Notes: generated by a model not told the origin, from the sequence alone. A stretch of 64,000 bases of DNA from an uncultured delta proteobacterium (GCA_963696385.1 CAVOKF010000004.1:800001-864000), one strand, 5' to 3'. Shown: positions 32,000 through 42,684, counted from the first letter of the stretch. Program-made: numbers and translations.

Positions 32000-32410
32000 A
32001 TGGCAAAAGAAGCCAGAACCGAGAACCACAAGGCCGAGAATGCGGGCGTGCCGACCCGCGCCGAACAGACGCGGCCCGGCCCGGTTTTTTCGCCGGCTGT
32101 GGACATCTTCGAGAACGACCACGTGATCACGGTACTCGCCGACATGCCCGGAGTGAAAGCGCAGGACCTTCAGATCGATTTGCGCGAGAGCGTGTTGACG
32201 CTCACCGCGCGGGTTACCGTGCCGGAGAGCCCGAACGAATCGGACGTGCTCAGAGAATACCGATTGGGCACGTTCCTCCGACAGTTCACCCTCTCCGAGA
32301 CGATCCATCAGACGGGCATCGACGCGCAGCTGACCGACGGTGTGCTGCGTTTGGAGTTGCCCAAGGTCGAAAAGGCCAAGCCCCGCCAGATCACGGTCCG
32401 TACGAGCTAA
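32000..32410 (+). CDS. Hsp20/alpha-crystallin small heat-shock protein
   Basis: PAVDIFE, ADMPGV, DGVLRLELPK, RQITV; AGGAGG RBS. Confidence 0.95.
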   Translation: MAKEARTENHKAENAGVPTRAEQTRPGPVFSPAVDIFENDHVITVLADMPGVKAQDLQIDLRESVLTLTARVTVPESPNESDVLREYRLGTFLRQFTLSETIHQTGIDAQLTDGVLRLELPKVEKAKPRQITVRTS

Positions 32411-32562
32411 CTCGTCTGGGCTACCGATCGAGAAGCGTCTCGCCCACCCCGTTGTCCGATGGACGGCCTCGGACGTGAGCAGCAGGGTCACAAGCGGCAA
32501 GCGCCGCCGTGAGCGTCGCAGACGTGGGAAACCTTTCTCCGCAACCATCTCGACCGGCAACT

Positions 32563-33009
32563 CTAGATCGAAGTCTTCCGGCGGCGAGCGGCTGCGAACG
32601 CTCCGGCGAGGGCGAGCGCGCCGAAGCCCCATGAGCGGGCAGGGGCGCTGCCCGAGCCCACCGTGCATCCCCACCTGGAACTCTTCCCGGCGCCGCGCGA
32701 GGTCCCCAAGTCCGGCGGGACGACGAACGCGGCGCCCGCGTCGTTGACGCAGGTGACCCCCACGCAGGTGGCGCCCAGCCCGGCGCACTTGCAACTGCTC
32801 GGATCCCTCGGGTCGCACCAGCCCGGAGAACCGCTCGCCGGCGAGACGCAAACGCGTTTGGGCCAGCTGCAGACGTCGGTGCCGCACGTCGTGCCGTGAG
32901 CCTTGCAATCGCTGTCGTTCGTGCACGATTCGGCACGCACCGCAGGGGTCCAGAGCACGACGCCGGCGACGACCGCGGCGGCGGAGAGAGCGAAGGTTCT
33001 GATTCTCAC
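32563..33009 (-). CDS. Cys-rich secreted protein with MYXO-CTERM-like anchor
   Basis: Signal peptide ending VRA; 10-Cys domain; GCTVG-linker-TM-RRRK tail. Confidence 0.7.
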   Translation of the reverse strand: MRIRTFALSAAAVVAGVVLWTPAVRAESCTNDSDCKAHGTTCGTDVCSWPKRVCVSPASGSPGWCDPRDPSSCKCAGLGATCVGVTCVNDAGAAFVVPPDLGTSRGAGKSSRWGCTVGSGSAPARSWGFGALALAGAFAAARRRKTSI

Positions 33010-33235
33010 GGGGGTGGATCTCTTTGCCTGGACGTTGCGCGCATCCGGCTCGATCGGACGGTGAACGCGACCCTAACACCGCTCGGCGGCGACTCGCGCG
33101 TCCAGAAATCGTCCCGGAGGGGCGCGTGGGTGTGTGCCGTGGGCCACCCTTGCGACGCCGGCGCACCGAATGCGCTAGGTAAAGGAGGCCCTGGCATGCG
33201 ACGGCGGAATGCGCGAGCGGAGAAGGCGATGAACC

Positions 33236-34451
33236 ATGCCGGGCTTTGAAGGTCGCCTGTACGAATCGCTGCGGCAAGCCGGGTTGCCGGACGTGCCGGA
33301 GAGCTTCTCGATCGCCGTCGTGCATCAGGAAATTTCGCGCGCCATCGTGACCGAGATCGAGAGGTTCATCCGGGTCTTCGATCGCATAACGACGCGACCC
33401 GTTTGGCAAGAGGCCGTGACGGCCACGGCCCCCCCGATCGCGCGCGGCAAGCGCTCCGAAGTGTGCTTCTTCAGCGCATGGGATTTTCATCTCCCGCCCG
33501 AGCGTCCCGAACGGTGGCAGCTCATCGAGTGCAACGACAACGGCTCGGGATTGCTGTTCGCGGCCCTGTTGAACCGCCTTTACTACGAGGTGTCCGGGAT
33601 CGGCGAGCGTCGAGCGATGGAAGCTCCGATGCCCTTTTCGGCATTTTCGCAGCGCGTGACGGACCTGATTCGAACGGAAGCCGAGGCCTTCTTTGGCGCG
33701 CCGAGGGCGGGTCTCGTGCTCATCCTCGACGATGAGGACTCGGTACGACGGGGCAGGTTTCGGCACGAGCTCGTCCTGCTGCGCGATGTTTGTCGCCGTG
33801 CCGGATGCCACTCCGAGGTGGCCTCACCGGTGGATACGACCTGGGACGGGAGCTCTCTTTTGTGCGGGGGCGAGCGGGTCTCGTTCGTCGTGAATCGGTC
33901 GACCGATTTTTTTTGGGAGGCGCCGGTCTTCGCGCCGCTTCGCGCGGCCTACGCCGCCGGCGGCGTCTACGTGGCGCCCAATCCCTTTTCGTACGCGACC
34001 CGCAGCGACAAGGGCTTGCTCGAGCGGCTCGGGTCCCCGGTGGGCGATGCCGATTCTGGGGATCCGGCCCGACGAGAGACTCCTTCTGAGCGACCACGTG
34101 CCCGAGACGCGGCGACTGCGACCCGACAACGTCGAGGAGCTTGCGCGCGACAAGGAGCAGTGGTTCTTCAAGCCCTGCCACGGGTTCGCGAGCCGCGGCG
34201 TGCTCACGGGCGCGCAGGTCGGTCGCGCGCGTCTGCGTCGACTCCTGAAGAAAGGCGATTCGTACGTCGCGCAACGGCGGGTTGCGAAGTCTCGCCTGGA
34301 TTCCAACGAAGGCGTACCTCTGTGGGCGGACCTCCGGGTCTGGGCCTACCGCGGAGAGCGACTGCTTTTGTCGGGCCGAGCCTCCCGTCATGCCGACACG
34401 ATGGACCTGTCGCCGCCCGGGGGCTGGCTGCCGACCTACGCGCAAACGTAG
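33236..34451 (+). CDS. Circularly permuted ATP-grasp (glutathionylspermidine-synthase-like) protein, frameshift near 34050
   Basis: DFHL...LIECNDN, VNRSTDF, PNP..YA..SDK; continuation FFKPCHGFASRG, YVAQ, DLRVWAY in ORF 34047..34451. Confidence 0.7.
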
Positions 34452-34578
34452 ACGCGCTGCTGCGACCGGTCCGACAACGCGACGAAAAGGACTCGGTGCC
34501 GTTGGCGGATAATACGTCCTCTTTGGCAAACCCGCCGCGGCGCGCCGCCCTAGCTTGGCCTTCGAGGAGGCGAAAGCC

Positions 34579-35247
34579 ATGACTCTTCATATCGGGATGC
34601 TGCTCTATCCGGGCCTCACCCAGCTCGATCTGACCGGGCCCTTCGAGCTCTTCGGCCGGATCCCAGGCGCGAACGTTCACCTGGCGTGGAAGGACACGAA
34701 GCCGGTATTCGCCGACTCCGGCCTCGGGCTTCTTCCGACGACGACCCTGGCCGACCTGCCCCCCGTCGACGTGCTCATGGTGCCGGGTGGAGCCGGTCAG
34801 CTCGATCTGATGACCGACGCCGAGGTGCTCGGATTTTTGCGGACGCAAGGCGCACGAGCCAAGTACGTCACATCCGTCTGCACGGGCGCGCTGCTTCTGG
34901 GAGCGGCGGGACTGCTTCAGGGCTACCGAGCGACGACGCATTGGGCCTACGCCGACCTGCTGCGCACCGTCGGCGCAACCTTCGTCGACGAACGCGTCGT
35001 CGTCGATCGCAACCGCATCACGGCGGGGGGAGTCACGGCAGGCATCGACTTCGGTCTGCGGATCGTCGCCGAGCTGAGGGGTGACGCGGCTGCGAAGCGA
35101 GCGCAGCTCCTCATCGAGTACGACCCCGCACCCCCCTTTCGGTCCGGCCATCCGCGGGTTGCCGCCCCGGCCCTCGTGCAAGACGTGAAGCGTGCTCTAG
35201 CCGAGAGCGTCGCAACTCGAGCCGCCCGGCTCCGACCCGGCTCATGA
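34579..35247 (+). CDS. DJ-1/PfpI family protein (isonitrile hydratase-like)
   Basis: [40 protein letters not shown]. Confidence 0.9.
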   Translation: MTLHIGMLLYPGLTQLDLTGPFELFGRIPGANVHLAWKDTKPVFADSGLGLLPTTTLADLPPVDVLMVPGGAGQLDLMTDAEVLGFLRTQGARAKYVTSVCTGALLLGAAGLLQGYRATTHWAYADLLRTVGATFVDERVVVDRNRITAGGVTAGIDFGLRIVAELRGDAAAKRAQLLIEYDPAPPFRSGHPRVAAPALVQDVKRALAESVATRAARLRPGS

Positions 35248-36422
35248 CGCGCGCGGGTCTGCGCTCCCGCTTCGATTCTCTGATGGTCACGGCGAAGCGG
35301 CCGCCGGTCGTCATGGTCCGAGGGCACGGCTCCTTTCTCATCGACGAAAGCGGCCGCGAGTACCTCGATTTCGTGCAAGGCTGGGCCGTCAACTGCCTCG
35401 GCCACGCCCCGCAGGTGCTCTGCGAGGCCGTCGCGGCGCAAGCCGGGCGGCTTCTCAACGCCGGGCCGGCCTTTTACACGGATCCCCTGCTCGATCTGGC
35501 AGACCGGATCACGGCCGGCTGGACGCCGGCTCGAGTCCATTTCACCAACTGCGGGGCGGAAGCCAACGAGGGGGCCATCAAACTGGCGCGCAAATGGGGT
35601 CAGATCCATCGCGCGGGGGCCTACGAGATCATCACGATGCGAGGGGGGTTCCATGGCCGCAGCCTCGCCACCATGTCCGCGTCCGACAAACCGGGGTGGG
35701 ACGTTCTATTTGAACCCAAGGTGGCCGGTTTCTCGAAAGTGCCGAGGAACGACCTTGCCGCGGTCGAGCGGGCCATCGGGTCGCGGACCGTCGCGGTCAT
35801 GCTCGAGCTCATTCAGGGCGAATCGGGCGTCCACCCGGCCTCCGAGTCGTTCGTCCAAGGACTGCGCGCGCTCACCCGCGATCGCGGGCTTCTTTTGATC
35901 GTCGACGAGGTGCAGACGGGCATGGGACGCACGGGAAAGCTCTTCGCCTGCGAGCACTACGGGATCGAGCCGGACATGATGACGCTGGGCAAGGGCATGG
36001 CCGGTGGGGCGCCGCTCGGGGCGCTGGTGGCGCGCGAGAGGATCTGCTGCTTCGAACCGGGCGATCAAGGCGGCACGTTCAACGGCAACGCGCTCGTGAC
36101 GGCGATGGGCGCCGCCGTATTTCGTACCGTCAGCAGCCGCGCGTTTCTCGAAAACGTGGAATCGATGGGCGACTACCTCGCCGCACGCTTGCGGGACCTC
36201 TCGCACAGACACGGCGAGCGCGAAGTCCGAGGACGAGGTCTGTTGTTGGCGCTCGTCCTGGCGACCGACCGTGCACCCGACATCGTCGAACGTGCGTTCG
36301 ATCGGGGCCTGTTGTTGAACGCACCTCGGCCGGGTGTGCTGCGCTTCATGCCGGCGCTCAACGTGACGCGCGGCGAGATCGACGCGATGGCCGAAAAGCT
36401 CGACGCGCTTCTGCAGGGCTGA
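35244..36422 (+). CDS. argD: Acetylornithine aminotransferase (class III PLP enzyme)
   Basis: [43 protein letters not shown]. Confidence 0.85.
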   Translation: MTRAGLRSRFDSLMVTAKRPPVVMVRGHGSFLIDESGREYLDFVQGWAVNCLGHAPQVLCEAVAAQAGRLLNAGPAFYTDPLLDLADRITAGWTPARVHFTNCGAEANEGAIKLARKWGQIHRAGAYEIITMRGGFHGRSLATMSASDKPGWDVLFEPKVAGFSKVPRNDLAAVERAIGSRTVAVMLELIQGESGVHPASESFVQGLRALTRDRGLLLIVDEVQTGMGRTGKLFACEHYGIEPDMMTLGKGMAGGAPLGALVARERICCFEPGDQGGTFNGNALVTAMGAAVFRTVSSRAFLENVESMGDYLAARLRDLSHRHGEREVRGRGLLLALVLATDRAPDIVERAFDRGLLLNAPRPGVLRFMPALNVTRGEIDAMAEKLDALLQG

Positions 36423-36499
36423 GAGGAGGCGGGGACGCACCCGAAGGGCGACGCCGGATTCGCTTGTCGCGCCGATCGCAGCGCGGTACGAAGCGCGCC

Positions 36500-37600
36500 A
36501 TGCCGTTCACTCGAGACCTCCCGTCGATTTTGTTCGCGGTCGTTTGCGGTTGCGGCTCTTCGCCTCCGCCGTCGGCCGCCTCCGCCCCCCCGCCCTCTGC
36601 ATCCGCCGCTGCGGCGCCCGCCGTGGCTCCGACCTCGACCGCCGCCGCGGCGACCTCCGCCGTGGCATCTTCCCCGGCGGACGAAAAGAAGATCCGACAG
36701 AATCGCGAACTTCAGGAGGATCGCGCGAAGTGGCAGGCCGAGCACAAGACCGAGCTCGACCGCTGGACACCCCAGCTCCATGCGGAGGCGAAGGCCCTTG
36801 CCGACAAGACGTACGCAAGCGGCAAGGCGGCGATCGCCGCGGTTGCGAAAGGGGCGCACCGCAAACCGGGTGATGCCGAGCGAGATACGTACCGTCACCC
36901 CGTAGAGACCCTCTCTTTTTTCGGTTTCAAACCGACGATGACGGTGCTCGACGTGGGGCCCGGCGACGGCTGGTACACGGAGCTGCTCGCCCCGGCGCTG
37001 CACGAGCACGGCCGCTACGTCGCGACGAGCGGCGACCCGAACGGTCCCCCCGATGCGCGCGACACCTTCTATGGGCAGCGCTTCAAGGCATTCCTCGATA
37101 CGGCACCCGAGATCTACGGCAAAGTCGACACGATCGTGACCGACTCGAAGGCCCCGAAGCTCGGGAACGACGACACGTTCGACTTGGTGATCGTCATGCG
37201 CGGCCTGCACGGGTTGCAGAACAACGGAACGCTCACCTCATGGCTCCGAGAGATTCACCGCGTGCTCAAGCCGGGCGGCGTTTTGGGGATCGAGGAGCAT
37301 CGCGCACCCGCGAACGCCGATCCCGTCGAGAGCGCCAAGAAGGGATATGTGCCCGAGAAGTGGGCCATTGCCCAGATCCAGGCTGCGGGGTTCGAGCTCG
37401 CAGCAAAATCCGAGATCAACGCCAATCCGAAAGACACCAAGGACTATCCGGAAGGCGTCTGGACGTTGCCGCCGACGCTGCGCCTGGGCGACAAGGACCG
37501 AGAAAAGTACAAGGCCATCGGCGAGAGCGATCGAATGACCCTGAAATTCGTCAAAGCCCCCGTCAAGCCCGCGCCTCGCAGTCCGCCGGCGTCACCCTAG
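36500..37600 (+). CDS. Class I SAM-dependent methyltransferase (COG4798-like) with lipoprotein signal
   Basis: Lipobox VCGC; RDTYRHPVETLSFFG, DVGPGDGWYT, LKPGG, INANPKD, IGESDRMTLKF. Confidence 0.85.
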   Translation: MPFTRDLPSILFAVVCGCGSSPPPSAASAPPPSASAAAAPAVAPTSTAAAATSAVASSPADEKKIRQNRELQEDRAKWQAEHKTELDRWTPQLHAEAKALADKTYASGKAAIAAVAKGAHRKPGDAERDTYRHPVETLSFFGFKPTMTVLDVGPGDGWYTELLAPALHEHGRYVATSGDPNGPPDARDTFYGQRFKAFLDTAPEIYGKVDTIVTDSKAPKLGNDDTFDLVIVMRGLHGLQNNGTLTSWLREIHRVLKPGGVLGIEEHRAPANADPVESAKKGYVPEKWAIAQIQAAGFELAAKSEINANPKDTKDYPEGVWTLPPTLRLGDKDREKYKAIGESDRMTLKFVKAPVKPAPRSPPASP

Positions 37601-38151
37601 ATTTCACTGTCTCCGGTCGAGGCCGTCCCGCCGTCGGCCCCTGCAAGGACGGGAACGGCAAGCGTAACGAGCAGCCAGTAGCCCGCGCAGGTCGTATTCG
37701 AGATCGAAAGGCCGCTCGGCGAAAGCCACCGAAATTCGGCGATGTTCCCGCTTCCGACGATGAAATTGGCGTCGGTGTCGAAGGTGTCGGGCGGCGTTAC
37801 GGCCACATAAGCAAGTGGTTGGGCATAATTGAAATCGGCGACCATCCCGCTTGGAACGGGCGGCAGGGGAGGAAACAAGAATTCGTCCGTACGATTGCCC
37901 GGGAACCACTGCCAGGCGGGGCCCCCGTCCGGCGACTCTCCGACGGTCGGGTTCGACTGCCAAATGAGAAGACAATTGGACGTGTTCGCTTGGCAACCTT
38001 GCAGTTCCCATGTGCCGGTGCCCCCGTTTTCGCCGATCGTCGCGGTGTACGCATCGCACTGATGGGTTGTGCAGCCCGACATCCCCATTGCCGCCGCGAT
38101 CGTGACCAGACCTAGGAACACCACCCCATCGCGCGCAAGCGGGTACGTCAT
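37597..38151 (-). CDS. Hypothetical lipoprotein
   Basis: C-terminal part of ORF 37597..38820 from MTYPLARD; lipobox MSGC. Confidence 0.6.
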   Translation of the reverse strand: MTYPLARDGVVFLGLVTIAAAMGMSGCTTHQCDAYTATIGENGGTGTWELQGCQANTSNCLLIWQSNPTVGESPDGGPAWQWFPGNRTDEFLFPPLPPVPSGMVADFNYAQPLAYVAVTPPDTFDTDANFIVGSGNIAEFRWLSPSGLSISNTTCAGYWLLVTLAVPVLAGADGGTASTGDSEI

Positions 38152-38160
38152 GCTCGATGG

Positions 38161-38200
38161 GCGTTCGTGAGCGCTCGTGAGCGTTCGTGAGCGTTCATGA
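38161..38200. repeat. 10-bp tandem repeat x4
   Basis: GCGTTCGTGA, GCGCTCGTGA, GCGTTCGTGA, GCGTTCATGA. Confidence 0.85.
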
Positions 38201-38339
38201 CGAATTGCAGGGCAGGTGCATGCGAGCCGCACGGCTCCCATGCACCGAGATTCTCTAAACGACAATGGGGTCTCGTGCCAACACCAAAGCGAGCGCGCGA
38301 TGGATCCCGACCGCGCAGTCGCCAGGGTCGCGATCGCTC

Positions 38340-39095
38340 TTACAGCGCGGTCAGTCCCCCGTCGACCGCGAGTTCCTGACCGACGATGAACGAGGCCGCG
38401 GGCGACGCAAGAAACACCACGGCGTCCGCCACCTCTTGCGCCTTCGCGAGTCTTCCGAGCGGAATGCGACTCAGGGTCGCCTTGCCCATTTGCTCGAGGA
38501 CCGCGGGGCTGAGTCCTCGTGCGGCCTTCGCTTGAATCGGTGTCTCGGTGGGGCCCGGGGACACGGCATTGACTCGGACGCCGGCTGCCAAGAGCTCGGC
38601 TGAGAGCGTTCGCGCGAGCGATCGGAGCGCCGCCTTGCTGGCCGAGTAAACGCTCGTTCGGGGGGCGCCGACCCGGTCGGCAACGGACGTGTTGAGCACG
38701 ACCGCGGAGCCCTGGCCCAGAAGGGAAAGCGCGCGCTGGATGGTAAAGAAGGCCCCGCGGACGTTGACGGCAAACAGGCGGTCGAAGTGCTCCTCGGTGA
38801 CGTCGGCGGCGAGAACCCACTCCGCAATGCCCGCGTTCACGAAGAGGACGTCGATGCGTGGATGCCGGGATCGCACGGCCGAGTAGAGCCGCTCGAGGTC
38901 GTTCAGTTGGGTGACGTCACCGGCGACGGTGAGGGCGCGGCCGCCGATCGCTTGTTTTGCTTCGGCCAGGCGCACCGGGTCGCGGGCAAAAAGGACCACC
39001 TCGGCGCCCGCGGCTTGAAATTTCTGCGCCGCAGCCAAACCGATGCCGCTGCTCGCCCCGGTGATGACCACCACTCGATCCTTGAATCCATCCAT
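38340..39095 (-). CDS. SDR family oxidoreductase
   Basis: TGASSGIG, FVNAG, YSASK, VNAVSPGPTET, VDGG. Confidence 0.93.
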   Translation of the reverse strand: MDGFKDRVVVITGASSGIGLAAAQKFQAAGAEVVLFARDPVRLAEAKQAIGGRALTVAGDVTQLNDLERLYSAVRSRHPRIDVLFVNAGIAEWVLAADVTEEHFDRLFAVNVRGAFFTIQRALSLLGQGSAVVLNTSVADRVGAPRTSVYSASKAALRSLARTLSAELLAAGVRVNAVSPGPTETPIQAKAARGLSPAVLEQMGKATLSRIPLGRLAKAQEVADAVVFLASPAASFIVGQELAVDGGLTAL

Positions 39096-39215
39096 TGGTT
39101 CAACCTCCCGAGCGAGCCTGCGCGGGGCGCACCCATGGGCCCCGGCGCGTCGCTGCGTGAGCGAGAGTGTGCCCATACGTCCGGTCGGTGTGGGCTGGCG
39201 CTGATGCGTGTGGGC

Positions 39216-39231
39216 GTTGCATGATTGCAAC
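39216..39231. promoter_or_regulatory. LysR-type binding palindrome
   Basis: GTTGCA-TGAT-TGCAAC (contains T-N11-A) between the divergent SDR and LysR genes. Confidence 0.6.
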
Positions 39232-39239
39232 GGCCCATC

Positions 39240-40196
39240 GTGCAATGGAGCGACGTTCAAGTGTTTCTCGCGGTCGTCCGCGCCGGGACCGTTCGCGGCG
39301 CAGCCGCGGCGATGAAAGTCGACGCCTCGACCGTCTCGCGGCGGATTGCCGCGCTCGAGCAATCCGCAGGCATCCGCCTCTTTCAGCGCACGAACGCAGG
39401 GCTTCTGCCGACCGCCGCCGGAAAGGAGATGATCGAGTCGAGCGAGCGAGTAAGCCTCGAGTTCGAGCGGTTGGCGCGGCGTATGGCCGCGCACGACGAC
39501 CGTCTCGGCGGCCTCGTTCGCGTCACGTTCCCCGGCTCGTTCACGGCTCTGGTCCACGGCGCGGTGGCGCCGTTCGTGCGACGTCATCCGGCCATCGAAA
39601 TCGAGCTTTTGACTCTCGATGCGTTCGTCGACATCGACGGTCGGCACGCCGATGTCGCGATCCGCGTGGCTGCCCAACCTCCGGAGCATCTCGTGGGACG
39701 CCGCATCGCTGCGCTTGCGGCTGCGGTCTACGCATCGCAGAGCTACCTCGAACGCTGCAATGCGCCGATCGAGTCCACGGATCACGTGTGGGTCGATTGG
39801 GATCGGCGGTTGGCGTCGAAGCCGGCGTTCGCTTGGCTAGAGCAGCGCGTTCCCGCACGGCGGATCGTGGCACGAGGGTTGTCGACGTCCGACGTGCTGC
39901 ATGGGCTTGTCGCCGGGACGGGGATGGGCGCGCTTCCCTGCATCGTCGGCGATTCCGAACCCACCCTCGTCCGACTCTCGGATGCACCCCGGGAAGCCTG
40001 GTCGAGCGTGTGGCTGCTGACGCATGCGGAGCTCAAGCCGATAGCTCGCGTTCGCGCGGTCATCGCCCACTTGACGGACGCGCTGCGGACCGAACGGCCC
40101 CGCATCGAGGGGATCGGGACCCCTCACGGCATCAGAACGCACCGACCGCGCCGGCACTCATCGGTCCGACGTAAAGCGAAACCGGGCTCGATTTAG
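39240..40196 (+). CDS. LysR family transcriptional regulator
   Basis: WSDVQVFLAV...STVSRRIAALE...LFQRT HTH; ADVAIR; GTG start chosen. Confidence 0.92.
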   Translation: MQWSDVQVFLAVVRAGTVRGAAAAMKVDASTVSRRIAALEQSAGIRLFQRTNAGLLPTAAGKEMIESSERVSLEFERLARRMAAHDDRLGGLVRVTFPGSFTALVHGAVAPFVRRHPAIEIELLTLDAFVDIDGRHADVAIRVAAQPPEHLVGRRIAALAAAVYASQSYLERCNAPIESTDHVWVDWDRRLASKPAFAWLEQRVPARRIVARGLSTSDVLHGLVAGTGMGALPCIVGDSEPTLVRLSDAPREAWSSVWLLTHAELKPIARVRAVIAHLTDALRTERPRIEGIGTPHGIRTHRPRRHSSVRRKAKPGSI

Positions 40197-41091
40197 GCGC
40201 TGTCAGAAGCAGGGTGACCCCCACTGCCGTGCCGAAACCTCCGACGATCAGGGCGACCGTCGATAGGTCCGCGACCGTTCGATACGTGTGAAGTTCGTCG
40301 GCGTCGACGGGAGGGCAAAGGTTATTCGGTGCGCACCTGGGATTCAGCCAGGAATGCTCGGAGATCGACAGGATCCCGGCCACGCCGCCCGTGATCCATC
40401 CTACCGCGCCCACGGCGAACGAAACGATGGCGAGTTTCGTGTTCGTCGTCATCGGACTCGCGGGTGCCGTTTGGGGTTTGGGCTCCACGGCAACCACCTC
40501 GGCCGTGCGCGGAAGCGCATCGAGCGAGAGCGTCACGGCTTGCTCACCCCCCTCGGCGAGAACGAACGTGCTCTCCGCCGGCGCGAAACCCGGCGCGGAA
40601 GCTTTGACCCAGTGCGCGCCCGGGTTGCACGCACGGCGCACTCCGAGCGCCGCGACCGGGACCGGAACGTCATCGAGAGTCACCGTCGGCGACGTCGCTC
40701 CTCCCACGTCGATCCGGACCCACCCGAGCCGCGGTGCGAGAGCGGCCAGCTCTCGCTTCGAGTCTTCCAACGCTTTGCCGAATGCCGCGGGAGCATTGGG
40801 AGACACGGGCTCGCGCAAGATGCGCTGATACGTCTCCTGTGCTTCGAGCAGTCGGCTCAGTCCGACCTGAGCGCGCGCCAAACCGAGAAGAAGGGTGGGC
40901 GCGTGAACGAGCGCTTCGGCGCGGGCGAAACGATCGGCCGCGATGGCGTACTGGCCGTGCTGTTGCGCCTCGAACCCCTCGCGCGCGAGCGATCGCGCGG
41001 TCGCGCGGTCGGCGTCCGACGGCTCGGCGCGGGCCAACCCGGAAACGAGCGAGACGAGCGCAACGACAAGCAAGAGACGCGTTATGACCAT
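40132..41091 (-). CDS. TPR/PEGA-like secreted protein with C-terminal TM segments
   Basis: Signal ending ARA; ATARSL...HAPTLLL TPR; NPGAHWVKASAPG PEGA-like; common myxobacterial architecture. Confidence 0.75.
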   Translation of the reverse strand: MVITRLLLVVALVSLVSGLARAEPSDADRATARSLAREGFEAQQHGQYAIAADRFARAEALVHAPTLLLGLARAQVGLSRLLEAQETYQRILREPVSPNAPAAFGKALEDSKRELAALAPRLGWVRIDVGGATSPTVTLDDVPVPVAALGVRRACNPGAHWVKASAPGFAPAESTFVLAEGGEQAVTLSLDALPRTAEVVAVEPKPQTAPASPMTTNTKLAIVSFAVGAVGWITGGVAGILSISEHSWLNPRCAPNNLCPPVDADELHTYRTVADLSTVALIVGGFGTAVGVTLLLTAPKSSPVSLYVGPMSAGAVGAF

Positions 41092-41321
41092 GAATTCCCC
41101 ACCATCGCGAATACTGCGGAATTTTCGAACGTCCAAACGAACATAGCCCACCGATGCCGTTGCCGAAATGGGCGTCTCTCGCGCACGGGCCCAGCACCGC
41201 GACACCGCTGCACGATGGCCGGAGCCCCCCATCACAGAGCCGCGTTCGGCCGACGACGGACCGGGTCGAACGGACCGAGTCGAGGGGCGACGGCGCAGAA
41301 TGGGCTATACGATCCCCATTC

Positions 41322-41930
41322 ATGCGAGTCTGCTTCTTTGGGGACAGCTTCGTGAATGGAACCGGCGACGACGACGGCCTCGGCTGGGTGGGCCGCGTCG
41401 TGGCGCGGGCTCGTCAACGGGGCCGGGACCTCACCGGCTACAACCTGGGTATTCGCCGAGACACGAGCGCTGACGTGGCGGCGCGTTGGATGCACGAAGC
41501 CAAGCTGCGGCTCCCTGCCGAGCACAAGGGCCACCTTGTGTTTTCCTTCGGTACCAACGATTGCGGATCGGATGACTTCGATAGGGGTCCGCGCATGGCG
41601 AGGGCCGACTCACTGGCCAACGCCGAGACCATTCTCAAGGCCGCTTGCAGTTGGCTGCCGACGCTCATGATCGGTCCGAGCACCGTCGTCGGTAGTAGGG
41701 ACGCCAACGATCGCATCTGTGCCTTGTCGGCGGACTACGCCAAAATATGCGAGCGACTGGGCGTTCCCTACCTGCAGGTTTGCCGGATCACCCTGGCCTC
41801 GCCGATTTGGACGCGAGAGGCGATGGAGGGCGACGGTGCCCATCCAAACCGCGGTGGGTACACACTGCTGGCAGACGCCGTGACGGACTGGCCTCCGTGG
41901 CGCGCATGGATTGAAGGTACCCTGACGTGA
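41322..41930 (+). CDS. SGNH/GDSL hydrolase
   Basis: FFGDS, YNLG, FGTND, DGAHP. Confidence 0.9.
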   Translation: MRVCFFGDSFVNGTGDDDGLGWVGRVVARARQRGRDLTGYNLGIRRDTSADVAARWMHEAKLRLPAEHKGHLVFSFGTNDCGSDDFDRGPRMARADSLANAETILKAACSWLPTLMIGPSTVVGSRDANDRICALSADYAKICERLGVPYLQVCRITLASPIWTREAMEGDGAHPNRGGYTLLADAVTDWPPWRAWIEGTLT

Positions 41931-42068
41931 GAGATGTCTCCGCGACGAGGCCCGCACCTTCCAGCGCTCGCCCAACCAGTCGTGCGCCCTTCGCCCGCGT
42001 CGTTCACACCGACCGAGAGCGCGGCGGGGTGCGCGCTTCGACAGGCTCGCCGTGAGACCCGGCTTCCG

Positions 42069-42482
42069 TCACTCCCCCATCGCTTTGATGATCACGCGCT
42101 TGTCCCGTTGCCCGTCGAATTCCGCGTAAAATACGCGCTGCCAGGTCCCGAGGTCCAGTTTCCCCTTCGTGACCGGCACGATGACCTCGTGGTGGACGAG
42201 CATCGACTTCAGGTGCGCGTCACCGTTGTCCTCGCCCGTCCGGTGGTGTGCGTAGTCCGCCTTGAACGGCGCCAGGTGCTCGAGCCATTTCCAGATGTCC
42301 TCGTGCAGCCCGGGCTCGTTGTCGTTGACGAAAACGCCCGCCGTGATGTGCATGGCGCTCACCAGCATGAAGCCCTCACGGATTGCGCTGTGGGCGAGGA
42401 TCCTCTCGAGGGTGGGGGTCAGGTGAACGAGCTCGCGGCGCTGGCTCGTGTGGAATGTCAGGTATTCGGTATGCGTCTTCAC
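42069..42482 (-). CDS. yjbQ: YjbQ/UPF0047 family protein
   Basis: [30 protein letters not shown] start. Confidence 0.9.
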   Translation of the reverse strand: MKTHTEYLTFHTSQRRELVHLTPTLERILAHSAIREGFMLVSAMHITAGVFVNDNEPGLHEDIWKWLEHLAPFKADYAHHRTGEDNGDAHLKSMLVHHEVIVPVTKGKLDLGTWQRVFYAEFDGQRDKRVIIKAMGE

Positions 42483-42684
42483 GGGGGCGTAGCGGCGAAA
42501 GCTACCTCCGCAAGCCCCGGCCGTCATCCTCCGTTCAGCTTGCGCGCGGTCTCGTCGCGCTCTGTAGAGCGCTTCGTACGGCGCGACCGTCGCGCTGACC
42601 GTTTCGGAGAGCGACGCCCGCGAAGGCCGCCGTCGAAGAACGGTCCGAGCCATCGTCTTCAGCCTGAAGGCTATCGCCGTTCTC

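Noticed and set aside
14809..38200. Short tandem repeats as a possible CRISPR array
   Set aside because: No spacers, repeats too short, and no cas genes.
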